In this document: in pieces, positions 38,827-52,900 of the stretch
Numbering within the stretch: the first letter of the stretch is position 1
Layout: each line of letters begins with the position of its first letter
Source: Lama glama
Lineage: Eukaryota
Length of the DNA: 64,000 nt
Direction of reading: 5' to 3'
NCBI GenBank assembly: GCA_028534125.1
Contig: CM052817.1
Location: forward strand, 3,784,001-3,848,000
The notes under the pieces: model-generated
Database searches by the model: none
What the model was told of the DNA's origin: nothing
What the model saw: only the letters and a program-made list of their open reading frames with translations
Made by a program: the position numbers and the translations under genes

Positions 38827-39095
38827 GAACTTAGGTTGCTGACATCCTTAAAAGCGGGAGCATTTTCTGCAGTTGATGTTCTGTTGGTATCTGGAGGGGA
38901 TTTTCACTCCAGCAAAAAGGAGAGATGCTGAACATCTAGGATGAGCATTTATTTTTGCTAGCAGTCAGCCATCTAGAACCAAATCTCCATCTTTAGGTAT
39001 GACCAATGACTCAGCATCCTGATAGCAACACACATGTAGATGTGATTTTCTACTTTAGTTTCACATTGAGGCCTGATGTCAGTTTTCAGCAGAAC
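38827..39095 (-). other. KIAA0232: 5' UTR portion (269 nt) of the first coding exon of KIAA0232
   Basis: Strong acceptor cttttttctctcttgtctttacag|GTTCTG with AG at 39097-39096, giving a 500-nt exon. Confidence 0.85.
38831..39066 (-). promoter_or_regulatory. Cluster of five uORFs in the KIAA0232 leader
   Basis: 39066-39061 ATG-TGA; 39035-38973 MCVAIRMLSHWSYLKMEIWF*; 38972-38958 MADC*; 38948-38904 MLILDVQHLSFLLE*; 38935-38831 MFSISPFCWSENPLQIPTEHQLQKMLPLLRMSAT*. Confidence 0.75.
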
Positions 39096-39224
39096 CTGTA
39101 AAGACAAGAGAGAAAAAAGGTATGCCTTATGTATAGATATAATTAAATTATTGATCTTCTGAAAAAATCCAAATGAACTGTTTCTCTTTATTAAAATACC
39201 TTTGGTATCTTAGAATGCTGATTT

Positions 39225-39495
39225 TTTTAAAACTCTGCTAAGCTATGACTCACGTGTATCATAGAAGCCATCCTTTCAAAGTGTACAATCCAGCGGCTTT
39301 TACTGTGTATACAAGGTTGTGCAGCCACAGTAACAGTTCCAGAACATTTCCCAAAACATTCTCTCCTAAAAGAAACCCCATCTCCACTGGCGGCGCCCTT
39401 CCCACGCCCAGCCCCCGGCAACCACTCACCTGCGGTCTGCCTCCACAGACCTGCCTATTCTGAAAGCTTCATATAAGTACAATCCTACAATAGGT
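39225..39495 (-). mobile_element. Old LINE-1 (L1MB-like) 3' terminal fragment
   Basis: Similar to the L1M 3' end at 23750-24000 (aaagtgtacaat...aggttgtgcagccac...ttccagaacattt). Confidence 0.7.
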
Positions 39496-42400
39496 GGAAA
39501 AAAACTCTGATTTTTTTTTTTTACTATAATCTTTGACATTTTAAGCTAAGTGACATTTTAAACTTTTAAAAGCTTAATATAATTTAAAACTGAGGAAAAT
39601 CCAGAAACGTGTGCTTGGCGCTGTGCTGGACTGTGCTGATGTTCACCTGGCTGCATCTCAAGAGACTGAACTAGCAAAATCTTCCCTGCTCTGCTGAAAG
39701 AACTTACCTGGTAACAAATCATTAGTTCATTTTTAAGTATAACAGAAATAAGCAGTAATTTCACTGAAACACTGGTAAAAATAATTAGTCCCCTAAATTC
39801 AAGTTTTACATAGGTAATCAGTTATTTTGTATGGCTAAAAACTCTGGACTGCTCATCATCTATTTCATAAAAATTAAGGTGAAACATGGACTTGTCTTAT
39901 AGCTCTGCCATGCTGTAGTGTTATATATCTATTGTAATTTTTTTCTTATATGTATCTGGGTTGATGTTCCGATTACTTGTGATAGATGCCATTCTTAATT
40001 TAATAGCTTTTCCTGCTAAATAAACATGCTTTCAATATGTCAAACTAATCTAATAATGGCCTTATTAAATCATAATCTTCTTTATGCTAGAGTTCTGATT
40101 AATCTATGCCACCAGAACATGAAAACTAACAGTGATTCCTAAGTCTCATAGAATCAGCTTTTGCATGAATTTTAGCAGAGGACCATCAAAAATGACTTTT
40201 TAAAAAGTATTAATAATTATTTTTAGTAAAAGCGGCAAGTCAGAAAGATACTTTTCACCAAAGATTTAAGACTCAGTTTCTTGCATTTTCCCTAGAACTA
40301 CCTACTAAATTTTACATACATTAAATATAAAGAAAATGTTTATTAAATCCACCACAGGACCAAGTTACTAGATTAATGTATCATTAACATATATCCTGCT
40401 ACTTTCTAAAATCTTCTCTATCACACTATCTTTTCTGAATTATGAAAATCAGATAAACTGAAGCAAAAATTTTCTATAATTTTTACTCGCTGAAAATTTC
40501 CAACTGACTTGCAAAATTAAAACCCTTTCCATAAATTCTTTGGTATGTTTGGATCTCAGGATGCCAGACAGATTAACAGTTAAATAATACATTCAATGCT
40601 GGGGACATCACTTGAAGCAAGGTGACAAGCTGGTACTCATTCAATGAAGATCCACCAAGACAATGAGGAGACTTGAAGCAACGGCCAAAAGAACTAGGTG
40701 AGAGTCTAAGGCAGCTGGAGTTCACAGGAGAAAGTACCAGAGAGGAGAGAGCTGCACAGAGAAAGAACACCAGAGGTCTGCAAAGGGTTGCTCTTAAGCA
40801 TTCAGCAGAGTGTTAATCAGGGCTTGCATGTGAGGAACCAGCCAAGGCACAGGAAAGGATCACCATAAAGGAAAGCAGGGAACAGGACCTGAGGCTCAGC
40901 ATGGCTGGACGGCGCCTGCTTCCCAGCAGCCAGACTGGAAACCCCCCAACCCAGGACACACAAGGCAGAGCACTCAAAAGGTCTGCTCTTAGTGTTGAGG
41001 AAGAGCTAGCTCTATACCAAACACTGCTCCTGTTCGCCTGACAAATCTTAAAAGAAAGACCCTAAAGAATCAAACTGTTTCCAAGCAATTTCATTATGGT
41101 CCCAGAACAACGCTCAAGAAATTTATAGGAATACAAAACTATCTACCACATAAAATTCCCAATGTTTGTCATTCAATCAAAAATTAGCAGGTATGCAAAG
41201 AAGTGAGATATGAAGGGAGTGGAAATGAGAAAAAGAGATTAATTGAAACCAATCCAAAATTGACACAAAAGTTAGAATTAGCAGGAAAAGACTTTAAAAC
41301 AGTTATTATGACTACACTCATGTTTGAAAAGTAGAGAATGAAAGATATAAAATTAAGTATTTAAAGATGAAAACCACAATGTCTGAGATTAAAAATAAAG
41401 GATTGTGATTAATGGCAGATTAGACATGTGAATAGAAAAGACCACTGAATCTTAAAACCACAAACACACACACTACATAAAATCAAATAGAAGAATTTTT
41501 AAAAATTAACAACGCTTCAGTGATCTGTGTGATAACTTTAAGAAATCTAACATGTAACTGAAAGAAGGGGACAGAAAAAAAAAATCTGAAAGAGTAACGC
41601 CAAAATTTTTCCAAAATTGATGAAAACTAAAACACAGAGGTCTAAGAAATTCACTGAATTTAAGCACCAGAAACATGTAGAAATCAACACCTGGACACAC
41701 CATTAAAAAAACCCTATTTAAACCAGTGATAAACAGGAAAATCTCAAAGTCACCAAAGAAAAAAGAAACATTAGGTAAAACAGAATCAAAATAAGGATGA
41801 CATCAGCTTTCTTGTTGAAAACAATGCAAATGAGAAGATAATGGGGCCAAAACTTTACTGAAAAAAAACAGCAACCACCCTGTCAACTGAGAAGTCTATA
41901 CTCATTAAAAACACATTTCAAAATGAAGGTGAAACAAACTTTTTCAGACGTGAGAAAGCTGAAATAATTCATCACCAGGAAACTTGCCCTAAAGGAAATG
42001 TTAAAGGAAGTCCTTTAAGAAGAAGGAAAATGATACCAGAACAAAATGTGAATCCTCACAAAGGTACAAAGAGCACCAGAAACAGCAACTGCATTTTTCT
42101 TGTTATTTACATAACTTTAAGGTAATCGAGTATTGAAACAAAATAACAGTGTATTCTGAGAGTTGTAACATATATACAAATAATATATATGAAAACAACA
42201 GCATTAAAGACCAGGAGTGAGAAAATGGACCACTACTAGATGGGTTCTAATGTATTACACGAAATGGTATCTCTCTTGAAGACTATGATAAGGTAATGTT
42301 AATAATCATAATAAATTTAAAAGGTCTAAAGAACCAATTAAAAGGCAGAGATGGTCATAATGGATTTTAAAACACTAAGACCCAATTATAAAAAATATAT

Positions 42401-43212
42401 TAAAAATTCTACATTAAAGGCACAAGGAGGTTAAAAGGATGGAAATAGAGATACCATGCCAACACCAACAAAAAAAGCCAGAGTGTCTACATTAATATTT
42501 GACATGGTAAGTTTCAGAGCAGAGAGTAACAGATAAAGAAGGTCATTTCTAATGATAAAGGGGTCAATCCATCAAGAGGACAAAACAGTCCTATATATTG
42601 TATACCTAGTAGCAGAGTTCCAAAATACATGAATAAAAACTGATAGAAATGCAAGGCGAAGCAGACAACTTCACAGTTATACTAGGAGATGTTAATACCC
42701 CTTTTTCTCAACCACTGAAAGAAGCAGAAGTCAGAAAATCAGGAAAGCCTTCCATAGAAGATTCAAGCAACATTATCAACCAACTTGACCTAAAATAGAC
42801 TATATTCTGGGTCACAGAAAAAGTTGCAACAAATTTTAAAGGATTCAAGTTGTATAAAGTATATTCTCTGACCACCTGGAATTAAATTATAAATTAGTAA
42901 CAGAAAGATGTCTGGAAAATCTCCCAAATATTTGAGAAATAAAAAACGTATTTCTACATAACAAATATGGCAAACATGGAATCAAAGGAGAAATTAGAAA
43001 GTATTTTGAATTGAATGAAAATAAAAATACAACATATCAATATTTTTAGGTTGCCACTAAAGAGTATTTAGGGGAAAATTTATAGCACAAAGAGCCTATA
43101 TTAGAAAAGGTCTCAAATCAATGACCTGAGCTTTCATCTTAATAAACTAGAAAAGGAAGAGCAAATGAAACCTAAGCTAAGCAAAAAAAAGGGAAATAAA
43201 AGATCAGAGCAG

Positions 43213-43341
43213 GGGGGAGGGTATAGCTCAGTGGTAGAGCACATGCTTAGCATGCATGAGGTCATGGGTTCGATCCCCAGTACCTCTGTTAAACAAAAAG
43301 AGAATAAATAAGTAAATCTAGTTACCCTCCGCCCCACACAC
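43213..43341 (+). mobile_element. tRNA-derived SINE (camelid Vic-1-like) inserted in an old L1
   Basis: A box tagctcagtgg, B box gttcgatcc; 15-bp TSD aaaagatcagagcag at 43198-43212 and 43342-43356. Confidence 0.92.
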
Positions 43342-43932
43342 AAAAGATCAGAGCAGAAATCAGTGAAATAGAAAATGAAAAAACAATGAAACCAAAAGCT
43401 GGTTCTTTTACATAACAGAATGGACAAACCTTGAGCCAGACTATTCAGGAAAGAGAGAAGACAAATTACCAACATCAAGAATGAGAGGTGAGAGCACTAC
43501 AGATTCTACACATACAAAAAAGATAATAAGGGGATACAGGAAAAATTTTACACCAATAAAATATACTTGGATGAAATGGACAAATTCCTTGTAAACATAA
43601 ATTACCAAAGTTCACTCAAGAAGAAATAGAATGAGTAGCCCTGTATCTATGAAAGGAACTGGGTTTAGTTTAAAACTTCCCTACAAAGAAATCTCCAGAC
43701 CCCGCTGGCTTCAAAGGTGAATTCTACTGGATATTTTTAAAAAGTAGAATGCCAGTTCTGTACAAACTCTTCCCAAAAACTGAAGAGGAAATATTTCCCA
43801 AATCATGTTAGAGGTCAATGTTATGACATCAAAACCAGACTAAGATATTACATGAAAAGAAAACTACAGATCAATATGCCTCATGAATACAGATGCAATG
43901 CAAAAAGTCTAAACAAATTTTAGGGAGTTGAA

Positions 43933-44087
43933 GGGGGAGGTATAGCTCAAGCACTAGAGCACATGCTTAGCATGCATGACGTCCTGGGTTCCATTTCCAG
44001 TGACTCCTCTAAAAATAAGTAAATAAATACACCTAGTTACCTCCCCGCCTCCCTCTGCAAATGAAATAAAATAAAACACATTTTAAA
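43933..44087 (+). mobile_element. tRNA-derived SINE (camelid Vic-1-like), more diverged
   Basis: Same head and tail as other copies; degenerate TSD aaattttagggagttgaa / aaattctaggcaattgaa. Confidence 0.85.
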
Positions 44088-47000
44088 AAATTCTAGGCAA
44101 TTGAATCCAACAATATACACCAGATCCAGAGAGTACGGAGGTATCAGAAGAATGTTGTTAATAAAATTTATATAATCATCTTTGCCAGAGAACTTCTAAA
44201 ATACTAGTTTCACCATGAACAACTTAGTATAAGGCTTTTTTCAATTATTTAAATGCATGAAGGCCTTAAAAATTCACACCATGACCAAACTGGTTCACTG
44301 TAAAGACTGATAAATACTGTTGAAGATTTTTATCATGCTTATTTTAAACATGGTATCAATCCAACCATGGGATTCTCTCAGTTGTCAGTAAGAGATTTAG
44401 CCAAGTGAAAGGGTTCAAGAAGTAGGTGAGAAAAAAATAGGCAGATAGGCAGACAAATGAAAAATAAAGCAAAACATCGAACCCCCATGATCTCATCAAA
44501 GTCAGTTAAAACCGTCCCTTGCATCATTACCCCAATGGAACGCTTGCTGTAACTTGTTCAATAGCTGGAAAAAAAAAAAGCTGATTCCAAATGATTTTTA
44601 AATTGGCCATATCCCTAGAGCTATTAGTGATTAAAATTAGTTTTTACTCTCTATATAGTACAGACTCAGAGGACTGAGGAAAACGCAGAAAAGCCTGGTA
44701 TGTCTGGGAGCTTCAGACTACTCTGCAGTCATCTGGGCAGCCAGCACCTGTCAGTGGACACTTATAACGTGGGTCTGAGACAGAAGCACCCCACGCTGGC
44801 TTCCTCTTGTATCATGAAGACGGGTCCAAACACTCTTGGAGCTCAAGAGTGTCCATCCTCCTTATGTGAACTTAAACTGTTAGCAGAAGACCCAGGTATA
44901 AAGTTCTGGGTCATAACTAAGCTTCCCCTCCCTAAGCTGCAAGCTCTGGTAGAGGGGCCAACATTTGACCAAATTAGACACTCTTTATTTCTAGTTCTGA
45001 ACTGAAAATTATGTTTAATTTAAACTTATTTCAGGTGGCCAAAACAATTCAGGGATCTGACAAGCACGTGCAAAACCCATTTAACATCCATTTGGCAAGT
45101 TTAAGAACAGAGCTGGAAAACTCTTGTCTATTCGCCTTTATACACATTCCGAATGTGAAGTTTAGTCAGTATGAAGTTAAACTGCATTTTAGTTTAAATT
45201 CTCTAAAAGAGTTTTAAAGAAAAAGCACCACTGTATATACACGGTATATTCTTTGCTTTGCTTCATTTTTTCAATCCTCCCTTCTCCAAAGGATTACGCT
45301 GAGAAAAAAGGACCTTCAAATCACCTTAAGCATCCTTCTCCCATGCAAAATTAACCCAAATTATCCTAAAGATTGGGTTGTATAATGATAATTTAAAAGG
45401 TCCAACAATAATACACTTATTTTAAAATTCCTCTTGTATTTTTTACTTTAAATTTTAAATGGTTTCTATTAAAGATACCAAAAAACACATATAGCTAATT
45501 AAATGCCCATGGATGCGTGTGCCTTCTTTAATTCACAAAGGAGGAGGCAGAGTAGACAATGCGCCAGCCTAGTGGCCCATAACATGTAGGCTTCCATAGT
45601 CTGTCCACCGCAGAGTTTTGTGCCCATAACTTCTTGGAGTCTTTGTTTTCGCATCTGTAAAGTAAAACAAATACTTGCTCTCCCTACTTCTCAACTTCTC
45701 ACAATGCTGTTGCAGCGAGCAAATGAGGAATGCATCTATGTACTGGTGGCCTCTGCATTTCACAAAATGTCATACAAATGGAAAGCAGCATTATGACAAG
45801 CTACCCCCTCAAACGGTCTGTTTGCTTACTCTTACAGCGTCCCTCAGTAATACGAGTACCTGAAGAAGTTACGTAAAATATACATTCAGAACAAAAAATA
45901 ACTTCCTCACTATCCTTGCAAAAAAAAAAAAGTTAACTATAAAATCACCTTCATTTGTAATAATCTAGTTCCAGTCACACCAAAGCCTTTCCCCTTATTC
46001 AGTAGCAGTTTGGTCTCTCCTAGATTCACGTATGGCACTGCAAAAGCCCCAAGTGGTGACACGCAGGGGACGAGCCTGGAAACACCATGGACTCCTCTGC
46101 TGTTGTTCATGTTCTGGAAGTGCACATCTGCAGCTCGGTCTGCACAGTGAAGTCACACTATCCCCAAACTGTACAGACCCAGGAGCTGAGCACACACTGG
46201 CTTCCTTCTGAGGCCTAGTGTACAATTTCTAGACGTTTTAAGGACTCTATGATTAAAAACAGCCCTGGTGGTGAATGAAAATCATCTCCCAAAGACTGGA
46301 GCAACTCTGTGCAGGCTTGGGGATCAACGGAAGCCTCAGGTCTAATATTAATCAGAGCCTGGAAATAAAAGTGGTGGAGTGAGCAAAATGTCGGTCGAGC
46401 CCTGCTCACTCCCACGACACCCCCGTAGAAGCCCCGTGCCAGCCCCTCCACCCGCCGTCTCCAGGGGTCAGGACCCTGGGGCCTGTGACACTTTCAGTCA
46501 GACCTGGGACTAGAATAACCAATTGAATTTTAAAAACAAAAGCATTTAATTCTTTAGTCTACATGTGTTTAGAGCGATATAATTAGTCCCAAATGATTTG
46601 TCCATTAAGGAGAAAAGAAAACAGATCTAGGTAGTTAAGTAGTTACATAAGTACTTTTCCAACAAATAGCCAAAGCATGGTAATCCCACAATCTTTAAAT
46701 GAGTGATTTAATAACGAAAGGGGTTTTTTTGGAGGGAGGGGCAAGGGGGAAACTGAGGAGTAGTTTTGAAGAAGTTCACTGATCTTCCAAAATCTCATCC
46801 CTTATGTAACAATGTTCTAAGAAATGTGGCATCTTTTTTATACCCGTTTGTAACACCACATACATTACTGAAAATAGTTCAGATAACAGCTCTCATTAGT
46901 GTTCTTAGCCATTCAGGATGTAAAAGGAGTGTCTCCCACAAGCTGGAAGAGACACACCCTGTACAGTTAAGTGTCTTCAGTGCTCACGCAGAGCAGACAC

Positions 47001-47630
47001 ATGGCAGACTGATTAAGGCACTTCCCTTCCTTTTTTCTAATACATTGTACGTAGATTTAGGTTTGCTCAAAACTCATAAAAATTACTTCAAAAAGCATAA
47101 TCTGATACAATGTTTGTGGAATGTTTCCTCAATGTACTTGTGTTACAGTACAACTGATCATAAAGAGCACCTGACAGTAAATAAATCTATCCAGCCAGTT
47201 ATAATCCGGCTTCTCTGAGCAAAATGTAAAACGTGGATCTTGTCGAGAAATACCTGGACAGCTCTGTTCAAGCAACATATTCACTTGTTGAAGCGTTCTT
47301 TCAGGCTCAGAGCACTTTTTTCCTGCTCAAATTTATCATATATACTTTTAATATATTATATACTTCTATTATATATATTATTCATATTACATAAAAGTAT
47401 ATTATATATACTTATATCATTACAGTATTTTTAATATGAAAATAGAAGGGCACCAACACAATTTCTCTACCCTATCCACTGTTAGTATGTTGGTGGGATC
47501 ATCGGTGTTTTTTCCTTTGCATAGAACTTAACATTTTTTATTATTTCAATATGTTAAATAATAATATATACTTTTGTATCCTGCATTTTTCACCTAACAT
47601 GTCATCCTAGTGCTGTTCTAGGGTCTTATT

Positions 47631-47812
47631 ACACTGTCCAATATGACAGACACTAGTCACATGTGGCTATTTAAATTTAAATTAAAAATCAGTTCCTCAG
47701 CCACACTAGCCACATTTCAAGTGCTCTACAGCCACATGTATCTTGTGGCTGCTGGGCAAATACAACAAATAGGTCATCTCCATCATCACAGAAGTTCTAC
47801 TGGACAATGCTG
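47631..47812. mobile_element. hAT-Charlie MITE (MER3-like)
   Basis: cactgtccaatatg..cactagtcacatgtggctatttaaatttaaattaa...gaagttctactggacaatgctg. Confidence 0.8.
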
Positions 47813-50800
47813 GCTTTCTCTCCAACAAGTGACCATGTTGGGCTAAACAAAGAATCATTAGCTCTTCTCAACAGAGTTCATACACCCTTACTATGTGCCT
47901 GCAGACTGTACAGGACACTCTTCCATACACCCAGAAAATGGGGTGCTAATTACAGCTACTATTTTCCCCAGGACCCTAAATTAATACCTTCCAGGCAAAC
48001 CAGAGCATGTACTCCTGTAACGAGGTAGCTGCACACATACACGTAATTCTTGCCTGTTATTTTCTGATCTCAGTGCATCAATTTGGAATACAAAGTATTA
48101 CTTTTTCCCTTCAGTAGGTGGCCTGGCTAAAGAGGCAATTTACAGCCACAAGAGAAAATCCACAGATAATCTATAACCTAAATGAGAATTCTATCACTAA
48201 AGATAGGATCCAGGGCTAAAAGCTGATCATGCATATCTGTTTAGCCGGCATAACCGGAAAACTACATAGAAATGGACAATCAGACCCACAGTCTCCTTCC
48301 CATCTAGAAGTGTGTCAAGTCCTCGGATATGATTAAGGCTCTGTTTTAAAATAATACAGTCAGTAAATCAAGTGTGGGACATGAGTTCCTTCTATGCAAA
48401 CTGGAAGAACTGCATAATTAATTAAGAAATTCCATTTTTATTGCCAGGTTATCAGAGTAAATTCTTCAGTGACAAATAAAATGAATTCTTTTCATGAGTG
48501 CAGGGTTGTTCTTACAGATAAGGCAACTACTTGATAGTTAACAGGAACTAGCAAATGCCTTCATTAACTGCAGGCATATTAACAGGCCTGGGTTAATCTA
48601 TACGTTTAAAAGATAAGGAAGAAAACCAGAACCAACTACATGATGATAAAGCACAGGTGAAAGCACCTAGTTCTCCAGAAAATCAGAAGTACTACACAGA
48701 CTTCCATGAAAGCAAACAAATGAGACCTAGATCAAGTGTGTAGTGAGACTGAATAAAAGGAAAGAGCTTTCTGTCCAATCTGGATGAATTCTCCTCTACT
48801 GACTGTGCTACTGTCAAATGCTTACAGAAATCAAAGTTCGGGTCAGCTTCTGTGTTCTTAAACTTTTACCAGTTACTAAGGAGATGAACAGCTTATGTAA
48901 AGTAACATTGCTTTACTTCTAACTTTTACTTGAATGGAAGTTATTTGATGATTCATACTCATCTGTTAATACTTCTGGTTTGAAAAGCCAAACTGCTTTT
49001 CGCAGATCAAAATTTCTTTGCAGGTTAACACAGTACAGTAACCAATGACGTGTTTAGTTCATCAAGATCTATTACATGTCAGAATTCTTTAGCAGGACTA
49101 TAAAATGGTAGTGTTTTCATGCCTTCAAAATAGTCCTTCTGGAGATTTAGAAAAGTGCCCTTTTTTCCCTAGAAGGGGCAAATTTCATGCCACAATTTAC
49201 AGGATCAAAAAAAAAACAATGCATGAAGCCATTTGGGTTAAAGGGCAGGGGGAAACGTACACACTTACATCTGAAATAAAGAATTAGTGCTCTGGAAAAA
49301 GATTAAAAAGCAGCTACCAAATAAAATCCAAAAATCAAAACAAAGTTCATTATCATGAAATTCTAAAAAGCATTTAGAAAAACTGTTGGAAAAGTGATAG
49401 CACAACTAAATTTTAGAGACCTAAAAACTTCAATTAGGAGAAACAAACTGATCTTCACTCTAAGAAATGCAAATTTTCACAAACCCAAAGCAACCCAAAG
49501 CAAGTTTATTTGGAAACAAAAAATTCAAACAAGTAGATTTTTATGATTTGTGAAAATGCACAAAGCTCTAACATGATGAAACCCACGCTGTCAAGGATGA
49601 GACATTTTATTAAGTAAAATACTAGACCATTGTGTATTTTTCAAAGTGATGCTGTTCCCTGTCAAAACGTCTGTGCATGAGAATTCTATAGCTTTCAACT
49701 ACTCATCTCAAAACTACAAAGTGACTATCTTCTGAGTTTCAATAAGCAGGGGGAAAAATGGCCTGAAATTCTACAACTCACTGGTAAGACAGTGGGTCAA
49801 TTTTTTTATTTACTATTAAAAGCCATCAGCTAAGTAATGCACATTATAGTTCTCCAAAATGAACTTGGGTAATAAGCAATACTTGGTAATGTTTTAATAT
49901 TTATCAGTAAGATATCTGATTTGGTATAAAAACGTTATACGGATTATCAGACTCATATTCTACTTACTAGTTAGAATTTTTTAAAAATCAGGATAAAATT
50001 CTCTATTTGATTCTGCAAAAACATATACATTTGAGAACTCAGAATAGGTTCCAAGTACGTATTTTCATTTTGCATCCATTATATATGCTTCGAAGATTAA
50101 ATCAAGTTTTTAGATGTGACTTTTAAGATAACCATTGTTATAGTTAGTTACAGCACCTAGGAAGCTATTTAAATGAACAGTAATGTCATCATTTAAAATC
50201 GATAACCTGCTACAGTTTCCCCAAGGTGTATTCTGGGTGATATAAAAATTTATTGTTTTTGTTATAGAACTTGTTCCTTTTGCACAAATTAGGGAAATAG
50301 CAGAACTGAAACAAAAGTAGGTTTGTTTATTTTAGGACAGCCTGAAACGTTTATTATGATACTGTGCATCTAGAACCTCTAGGAAGCAAACAAAGAAGAT
50401 AGCATTTTCCATACTTGTTAAAGATCCCTTTTGTATTCCTCAGAACACACTTTGGTAAATATAACCTTCTAAGCAGAAAGAATTAACATTTTTCCCTAAG
50501 GCCCAAGTTATAAGCAAGACATAGATTAGGTAGGATCCTTAACTTCTGAATTTTCCAAGATTAAAAAGTTAAACTGAAGATATAATTTGCAAACAAGATC
50601 ATTAAGCGTACCCTCTCTTTTTCTTTCTTTTAAATAACCCGCATAAACTGTACAGTTCTATATAGTAAGTCAATCACTATTCCTTTTTTATGGTATTGGA
50701 AGCTTCCAGAATCTCCCTTCTCCCCTGGATGGGCTGCGTTCCTCATTTATTATCTTTGATTACATACACCACGGAGCTCTTGGCTGATGTATGCATTCTC

Positions 50801-52457
50801 TGCAACACTGCAAGGGCAGGGTCCACTGTGACTTCCCTCCCTGGTGCACACGACGTGCAGCAGCAGGGCAGGCACCTGAGCATCAAGGAGCCACTGAAAT
50901 AGCCTTGGGTTTGCTCCTGCTTCACACAGCAACCAAGCTATTTTTTAGTGGATCAAAAGACAGACATCTGACAATACAATGTGAACAGCAGAGCCGCCAC
51001 TAAGAGTGACCCCAGGGGCTGGTGGAGGGGCAAGCTACATGATTGGTACTTACATTTAACAAACTTCTGCTGGATGTCAAGTATAGTTACTAAAAAAGAT
51101 TTAGAAATGCTGCCAAATGTAAGTGTACTCTGAGGCATTCCTGAATCTGGGAAACATGCTGAGAAGCCCTACTACACTAGGAGCCCAAGTGACTACTGAC
51201 CTACGGCATTCTCCCTAGTTCAATGAAATAGGCTTCCTCCTCAAAACCCAAAACATAAGTACTTTAAAGACAGGTTAACCATATTCTTGAAAAATATATT
51301 TAAAATACTATATTCAGCAAAGTATGATACTCAACAAAGGTGATACATTTTGGATTAGAACTTTACACTAATTAAAACCCCTCCCCTCAAAAAACAGACT
51401 GAAATGACTATCTGTAGAGTCCACTACAGGTCAAAATTCTTTAAAACTTCACAGATATGTTCAAATCATAAATATTACATTAAAAAGGTAAATGTAAAGG
51501 AACAAATAAAGGTAGCAGAAACATACACAGCATGGTTTAGAAAAGCATACAAATAAAGATAGAAGAAAAATTTAACTATACAAACACTAAACATAAAAGT
51601 TAACTTTCAAATTACTCACGTCAAACATAAAATTAATTACTCTTTTCTTATAGATTCTGCTCAAGTCTTCTACCATGTGAAATACTTGATTTGGGGGTTA
51701 GTAAAGAGTATTCTACTCAAATGAATATGAAATTACACAATTCTAGAAAAAAAGAGATTACCATCCCTTGAAACAGTTAATACATTAATCTTATCCAAAT
51801 GCATCTTCCAGGTGTTACCTAACTACTAGAAATTAGAACCACTGTAGTGATTTCTGCCTAGAGTTGTGTTATAGACCCTTTGAACATTTATGTTTCAACT
51901 ACTGAATGACCATGTTAAAGATCTATGTAATTTACGCAAGCATCAAATACCTACAAATCAATTCTCCTACTTGGACCTCTCAGTCTGATATTTCCAACTA
52001 CCCAGAGGATATTTCCACTTGAACTTAAGCTAGCTGGGCCTCAGTCTGTACAGGAGCTGCACACTCATATTTGACTATTATCCTTCCTTCAGTGTTCTCA
52101 TTCTTTCCTTCCCTGAGATAATGTCACAACAATTAATTTCATTCTTCTGGGCTCCCTACATCATCAACCTACTGCACCTAGCTCTATACCTGAATCACCA
52201 CTGTGTATTCTATTATGTTGCAGCAAAATTTCCTTTGTGCCTTTTTGTCCTTGGGGGAGGGGTAAGATGAAGCACAGTGGAGCCAACACTGCCCAGGCCA
52301 CCTAGAAGGCTAATTAGTGCTCTAACATGACTGTTGCTGGGAAAGAGGCAGGAATCTTGCAAGTCTGAGAAAGGGTTAACTGAAATATAAGGATACCACC
52401 CCAAAGATCTGTGATCTTTACAACAGGAGCAATTAGGGGTTGGGTTGAGACGGTCAC

Positions 52458-52900
52458 CTGAGGGTGAATTTGATGCGTCAACTTGACTGGGCCAGGAGCG
52501 CCCAGATATTTGGTTAAATGTGATTCTGGGTGTGTCCGTGTGGGTGTTTCTCAATGAGATTAGCCTTTGAATCAGTGGACATAGCAGAGCAGACTGCCCA
52601 CCCCAGCATGGGTAAGCCTCACCCAGTCCACTGAAGGCCTGAATAGAATGAAAGTCTGAGTAAGAAAGAATTCTTTCTCTCGGCCCGTCTTCCAGCTGGG
52701 ACATGGGTCTTCTCCTGCCTTCAGACTTGCACTGGAACTTCACCATCAGCTCTCCTGGATCTCAGGCTGAAACTATACCATCAGCATCCCTGGTTCTGGA
52801 CTTCCCAGCCTCCAGAATCACGTGACTCAATTCCTTGCCCCACCCCCCTCACCCCACCCCAGCCCATCGGTTCTGTTTCTCTGGAAAAGCCTGCCACAAC
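52458..52900 (+). mobile_element. ERVL solo LTR (MLT2-like)
   Basis: gtcaacttgactgggcca...cccagatatttggttaaa...gaaggcctgaatagaa...ggttctgtttctctgga is MLT2 consensus-like. Confidence 0.85.

Larger units (their letters stand above)
40660..44118 (+). mobile_element. Old LINE-1 5' region/ORF1/ORF2 endonuclease remnant with two SINE insertions
   Basis: A-rich plus strand with degenerate ORF1 and ORF2 motifs (ataatgataaaggggtcaatccatcaagagga-like; ttctctgaccac..ggaattaaatta; gatgaaatggacaaattcctt). Confidence 0.8.

Noticed and set aside
39701..39771. Perfect donor CAG|GTAAGT with nearby AGs as an extra UTR exon
   Set aside because: Acceptor ambiguous and AT-rich context; isolated consensus donors are common in long introns.
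43213..43290. Functional tRNA genes at the SINE heads
   Set aside because: A/B boxes are followed by a shared SINE body, A-rich tail and TSDs; copies are mutually diverged.
52213..52746. 177-aa minus-strand ORF
   Set aside because: About half lies antisense within an MLT2-like LTR; no recognisable protein.
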